DNA of 64,000 nucleotides. It comes from Octopus sinensis. Its lineage: Eukaryota. The stretch covers positions 22,816,001-22,880,000 of the forward strand of contig NC_043004.1 of the NCBI RefSeq assembly GCF_006345805.1. The letters are read 5' to 3'. Below, one piece after another: positions 53,405-64,000 of the stretch (position 1 is its first letter; each line of letters opens with the position of its first letter). The notes beneath the pieces were generated by a model. It had not been told where the DNA came from. It saw only the letters and a program-made list of their open reading frames with translations, and did not search any database. The position numbers were made by a program, and so were the translations under genes.

Positions 53405-53795
53405 TAGAGCTGGAAGAATCTTTAGCATATCGAGCAAAATACTTAGCGGTATTTCGTCTGCCGTTACGTTCTGAGTTCAAATTCCGAGGAGGTCGACTTT
53501 GGCTTTCATCATTTCGGGGTCGATAAATTGAGTACCAGTTGAGCATTGGGGTCGATATAATCGACTTAAACCGTATGTCTGTCTTTGTGTGTCTCCTCTA
53601 CGTTTAGCCCCTTGTGGGTAGTAAATAAATAGGTATTTCGTCCATCTTTATGTTCTGAGTTCAAATTCCACCGAGGTCACCTTTGTCGTTCATCCTTTCA
53701 AAGACGATACAATAAGTTACAGTCGTGCAATCGGTTTGATATAATCAACTTGCCCCTCGCAGAACATTTCTAGCCTATTTCCTAAGAAAGAACGG
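53405..53795 (+). mobile_element. SINE family A dimer (head plus unit, then a second unit with the alternative tail)
   Basis: Junction aaatag|gtatttcgtc near 53632 is the same junction as in 32130-32715. Confidence 0.85.
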
Positions 53796-53856
53796 ATAAT
53801 AATAATAATAATAATTATTATTATTATTATTATTATCATTATTGTTGTTGTTGTTT

Positions 53857-53888
<32 letters not shown>

Positions 53889-54197
53889 AGTTGTAGTAGT
53901 AGTAGTAGTAGTAGTAGGCGATAGCATGTCATCTCTTTTCTTATATACACACATATATTCATGTGTGTGTTGTGTGTGTGTGTTTGCAGCATGTTAATAT
54001 ATGATTGTCATCACTTCTTGACACTAAACAAAGCAGCATTTTAAGGGATATGCTCTAATATATAATACATTTTTATCATCATCTTCAGCCAGTTCATGTA
54101 CGTATCTGTATGTATGAATGTATGCATGCATGTATGTATGTAAGTATGTATGTATGTAAGTATATATATATATATGTATGCATGTATGTATGTATTT

Positions 54198-54230
<33 letters not shown>

Positions 54231-54818
54231 AGTGAGTGAGAGAGAAAGAGAGAATGTATGCACTCGGGTATATTTCGCTTGTCCCATACTTCTCGCTCAA
54301 CGCCAAAGCCGGCGTTGGAAGGATTTTCGTTATTTTAGCGAGCAAGTATTTCACGTAACCCCATAAGTACATGCGATTATTCACTAGACACAATTTAAGG
54401 GTTTCATTCATTCATTCAAATGAATTTTCTTAATTCCTTACTATATTCATGTAACTCTTATTTCTGTAACTTTTTATCTTTATTTGAATTTTTATCTGAA
54501 TTATGGTTTGTACTGTAGAGTCCAGCGAACCTTATTTAAGCATACTTAATTTAAACATACCCATTTGACACATACTTCAGTGTTTTTAAATTAAAATATA
54601 GTTTATTGTGTTGAATGTTGATTAAAATTGTATAAGGGCCTAATGATTGGGGTCGCATCTTGAGAGGGGTTCCAGGGAAATACGGAGTGGTTTAGGAACC
54701 CGAGGATGTACCTTATGAAACTAAGTAATAAAACAGTAGGTATTTAAAATAAAAATAAAAACTCTTTTTATTAGGTGAGAGATAGGGGTATACTATCTCT
54801 AAATTAAAATATATATAT

Positions 54819-54900
<82 letters not shown>

Positions 54901-55030
54901 CCCATGTATATATATATAATATATATACACATACATACATACACCCAGGTGTATTTACAAACATTGAATTTACATTTTTATATGTTCATATATCTTCATG
55001 CATAATTACACTGCTATTATGTATATATTT

Positions 55031-55119
<89 letters not shown>

Positions 55120-56305
55120 TTTATCTACAAGCAGTATAAATTATATCCACTGTATTTGAAACTTGAATATGTCTTTAACTGGAAAATGATATTTCAATGC
55201 TATAATCATAAGTGGAAGGAATTTGCATATATGCAAATGGCCTGAAATTTATGACAGGAAGACATATATTGAGAAAAGTAAAGTTAATATTCCAATGATG
55301 TTTCATAATGTCATTCAAGTTTTTCTAGGTTTTTCCAGTAATATATTAATTTTTTTTTACTATCTGGCAACGCTCCAACTTTTCTGCAGATGATGAAATG
55401 ACTAATTTCCTGTGTACTTTAAATTTCTGATATGAAATAGCAGGATTTGTGTTGTCACATGATCGACAATTTTTATTTGAATAGTTCTATTTCCATATCG
55501 TTTGAATTTTCTCTCTGGCACGCTATTTATTCTTATTACGATAAGACGCGTTTGCAGCACTCAGAAAGATCTCCTTTCTTTATGTCACGCCACCTATCAA
55601 CACTATGAAATCTATGTCACATTTTGAATTGCATATATTTTCTTACTATAAACAGTTGTTATGTACATCGTAAGTCTAACAACTTTTTTTTTTTTACAAA
55701 AATTGTATTTTAGAGCTAAGAATTAGGATCACAAATAGGGTATGGGGACAACCTAGAATTCCAGTTATATATCCCTGTATGTTTTAAACACACTACATCA
55801 CGAATCGGTTATGAACTTTTCATAAAACCTTTCTCAGGAGCAAACAAAATATTGTAACTTACAGAATTAAAGATGTACCATTAAATAAAGCTAATTTCTT
55901 TTTAACCTACCAACTGTTCTTACACCACTCCTACAATCATCACATCATACACTTTTTAAATAATAATAATGAAATTATTGTATACAGTGCTCAGGTGCAC
56001 CACAACTTGTCAGAAAGTGCATATAAAGTACATGCAGTAATGTAGAAATGTCTGGAAAACGAACAATGTATTAGTCAGATACATGCTTGTGTGTGACTTA
56101 AAGCTATTCAATCTCTTGTAAACCTTTCAACCAGACATGCGTTTTTTATTGCTAATGCTTTCAGAACTTCACCTGTAAAACTTCTGACACACCTACAGTG
56201 TGAATATCCTCTGTCTGAGATAGACTGGAGTAATCATAGATACAGTTTCAGCGTCATTAACATTAATATGCGACTAGCACTTTAATTAGCATTTTCTTTT
56301 TTGTC

Positions 56306-56336
<31 letters not shown>

Positions 56337-56639
56337 TATCTGTTTAAATTCAATACACTTACAGTAGCGTACGGCATAAAACCTTGACTACATATTCAAC
56401 ACGGCTTTGCAACCTCATTTTTTTTTCTGCAGTTTCGTTTTCCGTCGCTAACCTTTTTAGTATTGTTCAGCTATTACAGCTAAGGCGTTGCTAAAGCACC
56501 GCTTTCTAAGCATCTTCCACAGTTCCCCTGAAAACAGCAGATTTTTAATTATCACTTTTGTTAAACTTCATTACGTACTCGTATTGAAACTTACTCTCTA
56601 TGGATTGTGTTGTTGAAAGGAAAATAAACATACTTATAT

Positions 56640-58320
56640 GCACAGGGGCCTAGTTCCGGAATGTCTTTGCCGCTTCGATATATCAAGAGGCCCAAATTGT
56701 GATTTTACACATTGCGCCTCAGAGCAGTTCCACCTTCCATCACCCCCGGCGGTTTCGCGGTGAGTCTGAACTTTAGTGATCTATGATTTCTGTTGCCGAG
56801 ACCACGGGTTAGTCCACTAAGATGTCAATATAGAACTTGGTGACCTTTTCCATCTTGTCCAACTTCCTCAGAATACACTTGAGAACCGTCGCTATGATCT
56901 TTGGTGATGAATTCAGCTCGAAACCCAGCCTGGTCAAATAGTATGTCTGGTCTTTATATCCTACCAACTGATACTTCCATCGTTTCTCAGCAGACGTGCT
57001 GACTTTGAGCCGATGATTGTGGAAGCCTTCGTCCTCTGTCTCCATTCTCACAATGTTTGCTCGCAGAAACCGGCAAGTGTGATGCCCGCGTAGCACGATA
57101 CGTTGTTGTTCAGCTTCCAACTTCTGATAATAGCCTGAGCTCGTTTTTCGTTGTCTGCACCGCTATCGTTACCAACAACACTCCTCTCGTTACCTCCTCC
57201 TCGCTACATCTGTCCACGTTTAACTCGAACTCGTTCCCAGTATCATATTTCAGGTTATACTAATAATAGGTTACCTTATTCCTCAACGTCAGAGTCTCTC
57301 CTTTCAAGAGTAACTGAACTGTCCACCGCTGATCGTCGAACACTGCCTGAAAATCCTTGTCTACGATGGTGTAAGCAGCACGTTTCTCTTCACCGCACTC
57401 TCAGCTCTCCTGCTGCAGACCCACAGCACATAGTGCCCCCGTATCACCAAACATAACACCCACCGTCTTTACCTCCTAAGTTGGCAGATCACATTCATGT
57501 ATCACCATATCAACTCCATCCAACACATGGTCAACCACAATTCTTTTCAGCCTTATTCTACTTTGCGCTTCCCCACCATAACGACCTCCACTTCACTACT
57601 ACCTCTATATCTAATCTCTCCACCATCAACTTCTCTTACACTACTCATCTTGTTCCACTTTTTAGATACCTAATTCCGTTGTGCAGCTCGTGTCCCTGAG
57701 GGTTTTAACACCTTTTCTCCATCCATCACTTCCACTGTAGACAGCGTCTGTACGATCATCTCTACTTCCTTTCAGGGACAGCTAGTGGAGCTCTGATACC
57801 CATTTGATCATATCCCTGACCGTAGCAAATTAGTTCGAGTGTCCCCCCAACCCAGCAGTTCTTTGCCATGTGTGGACCCTAACATCTACCGCACAGGCCT
57901 TAAAAAACTCGTTATCGCTCCCCAGACGATCTTATCTTCATTCGTTGATTTCGCCTTACGCTCTAATCTTCTGTAGCTGCTAATCCCATATCATTCCACC
58001 CGACGTTTCGCTCATATATCTCGCGGGTCCTCTCGTCTCATAACGTGGATATCTCCCAGCTGGAATAGACCCGTAGGAACCCTACCTGCCTATCCTCTGG
58101 CCAGAACCTAGACACATTTCCTTTACTTTCGTGACCACAACATCTGCCACGAGCCACTGCCCCATAACTAAAGAGGCCCACGCTAGTCGTCCCACCGCTC
58201 ACTTGACCTCACTTATTACAATCCTTCCGGGTGGCCCTTCTGTTGTTCACGTGATGTCACTGACTATATATTTACGAAGAAGCCCCCAGCCCCACGGTTG
58301 GATTAAGGAATTTGTGATGC
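56640..58320 (-). mobile_element. Decayed Gypsy/Ty3 LTR retrotransposon internal region (gag-pro-RT)
   Basis: RWKYQLVGYKDQTYYLTRLGFELNSSPKII..FYID(-)ILVD..AKPPGVMEGG, similar to CLTRLGFGL.SAP and YIDD. tRNA-Lys-like PBS remnant agccccacggttgg at 58288-58301. Confidence 0.8.
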
Positions 58321-59234
58321 TGGATATTAGGATTTAACTAGAAGAGAATATATCAGCTTCGCGTTGCATCATTGTTATAAAAATCGGATGGACACCGGTC
58401 AATAACAGGATGCTAGTTACAGATATAAGGCGGTTAACCGTTGCTTCACAACAGCATATCTCTCAATTGTCAATGTTTATAATGTACGGAGAATACATGC
58501 AAGCGTATAATAAATAGCTGACAGTTGAATGTAATTCTTACGCTATGATTGAGTTTATTCAATTTTGGTCTCCTGTGAAGAATTAACTATGTGATAATAG
58601 ATGCTGGAACCTAACTAAAATCTAGAAAATGCACGATTTTCTCGATAACGGTTTCTTTATTGCTATTACTCGAGCATGCAACGATTCTATAGCATGTTGC
58701 ACTCTGTGGAACCAGCTGATGGCTCACTGCTGAACTCTGATAAAATCCAATGATATGGAAGGAAACTAATAATATTAATAAACACTTTGTTGCATGGACA
58801 AATAATGGATTTATAGCAAACTCATTTGCCATGGAGGTGGTGGTGATTTTTCGGGAAATTGTTATGAAATTGGTGATTATTCTCGCAAAACATTGTGCCT
58901 GGTACCTACATTATCGAACGAGAATTCTGAGTGAAAGCAAGTTGAAAAAAATTGTAATTTGTATTGATAAATGAATCGAAGTTAATTTCCTTGCAGACAG
59001 AACAGACATTTTATTCGATCTCTTCTCACCAAAGAAGTAAAAAGACCGATTCTTGCATTACGGTAGCCTATTCACGTCATAGGTTATGTGTGGGAACAAA
59101 TACAATCTCACCTTATTCTAAGTTATTATATGGATCTATATTTCTTTTCAGTCAAACAAGTATTGAGAGAAACCGCTCTCGCAAGATAGGGAATTGTGTT
59201 TGTTTGAGCATGTTTTTGTCTATGGTCTTGTATC

Positions 59235-59320
<86 letters not shown>

Positions 59321-59362
59321 GTGTGTGTGTGTGTGTATACGTATGTATATAAAAATATATTG

Positions 59363-59416
<54 letters not shown>

Positions 59417-59449
59417 CACACACACGCGCACATACATACCTCTTCCTAC

Positions 59450-59945
59450 AATATATATATGCAACTCCATATCCTCTCCCCAAATCCACACCCCATCCTC
59501 GCATCCCCACACCACACACACTACTATAACACCACACCACATCACACCACTCCACAAATACTAGCAATGACCACTTCCCATCACCCGCATTACACACCAT
59601 CATCCACACACCAACACGCACAAGTCACCAAACCCTATCCACACGCACACTCACACTCTAACATACACACGCGCACGATCACCTTCATTTTGGGATCACA
59701 AGTGCTTTATTATCTCCCCATCTTTCTAGCTGTCCTGTCCAACTAACTTTTACCAACCAGTCACCATGATTTATCGCTACATCCACAAGTTTATTTATTC
59801 TCTCTCTCTCTGTTTACTACTTCGTGTTCCTTCGTGTTGAGGAGTGTAGGCTCAGAACGTAAAAGACTTTCTCACTTTCCCGAGCGTCAATCTAAAACAC
59901 TTGCTTGTTGTTTTCGTCTTTTGTTTTCCTGTAAATTTCAACTAT
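59450..59945 (+). mobile_element. PLE 3' fragment with a pseudo-LTR of the 5508-5670 family
   Basis: 59797-59943 aligns to 5508-5665. Its hammerhead is mutated (gtgttga-g-gagt-gtag-gctc-agaacgta). Confidence 0.65.
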
Positions 59946-60187
59946 ATATAAAATGATGTAGTGCGAAATAATTGTACCAAATTACCGGAGTCATTCTTGT
60001 TGCTTATTTTGATTATATATATATATATATATATATGAGGAAAGTTAGAAAAATATTATGGATATTTATTTTATTTGTAGCACAATAAAAACAGCAAATA
60101 GTTTAATACAAATAAAATTTAATGGAACATAAATAATTTACATAAAGCAAGCATAAAATTACCTAACACTGTATGTATGTATACATG

Positions 60188-60295
<108 letters not shown>

Positions 60296-60348
60296 GTATA
60301 TATATGTATGTATATATATATATATATATAATATATTATATATATATA

Positions 60349-60381
<33 letters not shown>

Positions 60382-60399
60382 GTATATAAAATATATATA

Positions 60400-61108
60400 C
60401 AGGATGGCGACAAAGTGCAGACGACTGGCTGGGTGGATCCTCAGAACATTCAGAACTAGAGATAAGGAAACCATGAATTGTCCTCTGGCGGACATTCGTC
60501 CTCAGCCGCCTGGATTACTGCTCACAGCTATGGTCACCCACCAGTGTAAAATTAACAGCGGACCTTGAAGCAATCCAGAGAAGATTCACAAAGAAGATCG
60601 TCCCTTTGCAACAGTTCAGCTACTGGGAAAGGTTGAAACAGCTAAGACTCTACTCCCTGGAGAGAAGACGGGAGAGGTATGCAGTAATATATGTCTGGAA
60701 GATCCTGGAAGGAATTGTGCCAAATTTTGGCATTGTAAGCTACACCAATGCTACAACGGGACGACACTGCATAGTGTCAAAGATCCCAGCAATGGCATCA
60801 CGCTTTAGGACCAGCTTCTGCAACAGCCTGGGTTTCAAGGGCTCACGGCTTTTTAATATTCTCCCAAAGAGTCTGAGGAACTTGCACAAAGTAGATGTAG
60901 CGGTTTTTAAATCAAAGCAGGACATCTTCCTGTCAAGACTCCCAGATGAACCTACCGCACGGCAAGAGGTGCAAATGAGAGTAGCTATATCAAACTCCAT
61001 TCTCCACCAAGTGCCACATATTAGACGAGGTTCGTCGTAATAACAGTGTAGCACAAAACGGCGGTGCATCAGCATGGCCGCAGCTCTGAGCTGAAACTAG
61101 AAAAAAAT
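60400..61108 (+). mobile_element. 5'-truncated CR1/L2-group LINE (ORF2 C-terminus plus 3' UTR) inserted in (TA)n
   Basis: [60 protein letters not shown]. Tail ggcggtgcatcagcatggccgcagctctgagctgaaactag. Confidence 0.9.
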
Positions 61109-61126
61109 ATATATATATATATATAC

Positions 61127-61164
<38 letters not shown>

Positions 61165-61373
61165 AATATATATACATATATATATACATATATATATAAT
61201 ATATATATACATATATATATATCATATATATATACATATATATATATATATACAATATATATAGACACACATATATATATATATACATATATACATATAT
61301 ATACACACGCATATATATAATATATACATATATATACATATATATACACACATGTATATGCATATATATATAC

Positions 61374-61404
<31 letters not shown>

Positions 61405-61719
61405 CATATATATACATATATATACACATATATATATAATATATACATATATATATACATATATATATACTTATATATATATATATATACACAATATATA
61501 AATATATACACACATATATATATACACAAATATACACACACATATATATATTACATATATATTATATATAATATAACATTATATATATATACATATATAT
61601 ATACATATATATACATATATATATAAAAAAGGAAATGAAGAAAATGCTGACAAATAATTGAAGTAATTTAAGTAATTTAATTAGGTGAAAGTTCTTTTTA
61701 TACATATGTATATATATAT

Positions 61720-61816
<97 letters not shown>

Positions 61817-61977
61817 CAAAATGAGACAAGAACGTAAAACATCCAAATAGACGATACAAAAAAAAAGGACGGGTCATTGGAAGCCTTTAATCTTCAGTCT
61901 AGAACCGGATCATCCTCACAATTTAGTCTGATCAATTTTGAGATTGCTCAAATCTGGCCAGCCATATGTATATATAC

Positions 61978-62035
<58 letters not shown>

Positions 62036-62154
62036 TTTCACGTGTAGGACGGATCCGGCTGTCAGTTGAGTCCATTGTGAATATTGTCATGTCGCCTTCC
62101 TCTGGAGTAGGGAAGCCAATGTTTAACTGTTTGGTGACGTTGTGTGCTGGACCA

Positions 62155-62320
62155 GATTAGCGGCATTTCGTCTGTCTTTATGTTTTGAGTTCAAATTTTT
62201 CCTTTCATTCTTTCAGGGTCGATAAAATAAGTACCGGTTGAGCACAAATTTCGATATGATTGACTTACTACTTCACCCGAAGTTGTTGCGCTTGTGGAAA
62301 ATTTTGAAACCATCATTAAA
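62155..62320 (+). mobile_element. Diverged SINE family A
   Basis: ttagcggcatttcgtctg...gagttcaaat...cagggtcgataaaataagtacc. Confidence 0.7.
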
Positions 62321-62329
62321 GGTTTTTCC

Positions 62330-62600
62330 AGTCTATATTTGTCATTCAATTTTATAATCGGATCATTCAAAGTCGCGAGAAAAATTAGCGCCATGGAGTT
62401 AATCATTCAAATTCGTTTTTCGATCATTCAATTTCGCACATTAGTCAAAGAATTTAGCATTTACATTATTCAAATTAAAATGCCCGTCGGGAGCGTTCAA
62501 ATTAGTCGGAATGCGAGGAAGCGTCTTTTCGAGCATTCAAATTCTTTTCGGAGCAATCTATTTACTTCGAGCAATCAAGCTAGGTCAATACGGTTCAATA
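62330..62600 (+). repeat. Irregularly spaced (GAG/GAT/AAT)CATTCAAATT motif cluster
   Basis: About 9 variants near 62341, 62361, 62401, 62422, 62465, 62491, 62531, 62552 and 62569. Confidence 0.6.
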
Positions 62601-62737
62601 ACGTCACCGAACGCTGGACGGAGGGACCGGTAAAATTGCTCTGGTTTTGGGTTAGTCTGGATCTCCGGGTGGAAAACAATTGTCAAATTGAATTGACAAA
62701 CGTACGAAAATAACTGCAAACACCAATATTATTATTC

Positions 62738-62955
62738 AGGCGGCGCGCTGGCAGAATCATTAGTACGCTGGACAAACATGCTTAGCGGCATTTCATCCAT
62801 CTTTCTGTTCTGAGTTCAAATTCTGCGGAGGTTGATTTTGCCTTTCATGCTTTCGGGGTCAATATGTTAAGTACCAGTTGAGTACTGGTGTCGATGTAAT
62901 CAATTTAAACACCGCCACTAAAATTTCAGACATTGTGCCAATAGTAGAAGGGATA
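62738..62955 (+). mobile_element. SINE family A
   Basis: aggcggcgcgctggcagaatcattag...gagttcaaattc...gtagaagggataattatt. Confidence 0.85.
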
Positions 62956-64000
62956 ATTATTATTATTTTCAACTTCATCCATATCATCATAACAAGAAGT
63001 ATAATACTTTAGAAAATTCGATAATAATCTTCTAAATTATTCCGATTTTTCATTTGCTTTCTCTCTTATTAAAGTGTTAATCACGTTATGGTATCGTTGT
63101 TTAGACAACTGCGCCGTTCTGACAATTCTAAAATGACAATTGGAACGTAAGTCGTTTGGTTTAGAATGATTATCGTGGTTAAATTCCATCTGGTTTATTC
63201 GATAATTAATTATCGAATTGTATTCCTGTTTCTAATCATTCAAATCTGGTTGGATATTTGATATGATTTGTTCTTTTATTGGGTTATTTATTATTCCATT
63301 TATTTGTTTATTTTCATGGGGAATGAGGGATGAGGGATGTATGCGAGGATTACTGTAAACCATACACGCAAAAGACACTCCCACCCAGACACACAGACAC
63401 ACAAGCAGACTCATATACACGCAAGTACAGAAATATAAACACAGAATGTCCTTTCTTCAAATCTTCTCGTCTGAAGACTAATATTTTCCTTCGGGTAATA
63501 CATAACTACGTGCTCCTATCCATCACAGATTGTACACATATGTGCAGAAGGTCAAATACTGAACAATCATACAATCGATATTTATATCATCTGACTCTGG
63601 GCTTTGACCAATATAATCAATTGCCTTACTGTTCTCCTAATCACACCCAAGACGGCATATGTTTTTGTGTATATCTTGTGTCCAGCTACTACCTCAGTTG
63701 TTGATATTTCTAATCTTATGGCCAACATATCATTGTATTCAATACAGACACCCTCAAATAAATCACAATTTGCCAATTACCTTAACCTGTACAATAGCTC
63801 AAATTATTACAACATGCAGCTGAAAACACGTGTGTGTTCTGTCAAAATTTGCATTTTAAATCATTTCTGAGGAGTCTTCAATGTATTTCAAATCACAAAT
63901 GCTTTGAACGGAAATATAAAATTTCTGCTGGTTATTTTAGCTTTTGCTATTCTGAGTTAAACTTTCCCTAGAGGCATGTCTTGGCCATTGTCGGACTATT

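Noticed and set aside
62330-62600. CRISPR array
   Set aside because: The repeats are only about 10-13 bp, degenerate and irregularly spaced.

Overview
AT-rich, microsatellite-dense eukaryotic DNA. The SINE, R4/Dong, Penelope and Mariner repertoire points to a coleoid cephalopod, most likely Octopus (inference). I found only one convincing host exon: a 112-bp AG/GT-bounded exon (47508-47619, +) encoding part of the extracellular ANF-receptor domain of a natriuretic-peptide-receptor-type membrane guanylyl cyclase. The window is therefore probably mostly two very large introns. These are filled with decayed mobile DNA: tRNA-derived SINEs, CR1-group LINE 3' ends, many (TAA)n-associated R4/Dong-type fragments, Penelope-like elements (PLEs), Mariner remnants, two non-autonomous Helitrons and a Gypsy fragment. 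Almost all ORFs in the supplied track are microsatellite or antisense artefacts. The most interesting signals are four. (1) About ten type I hammerhead ribozyme motifs tied to PLE-like termini, including a perfect 135-bp palindrome with a hammerhead on each strand and one motif with a ~100-nt stem II. (2) A PLE whose 3' region runs GIY-YIG ORF, tRNA-like Pol III cassette, (TAA)n, collapsed hammerhead. (3) A 77-bp exact inverted copy of a PLE segment patched into a LINE 2.3 kb away. (4) SINE concatemers sharing one junction. All alignments, folds and coordinates were worked out by eye; no searches were run, and repeat boundaries are approximate.
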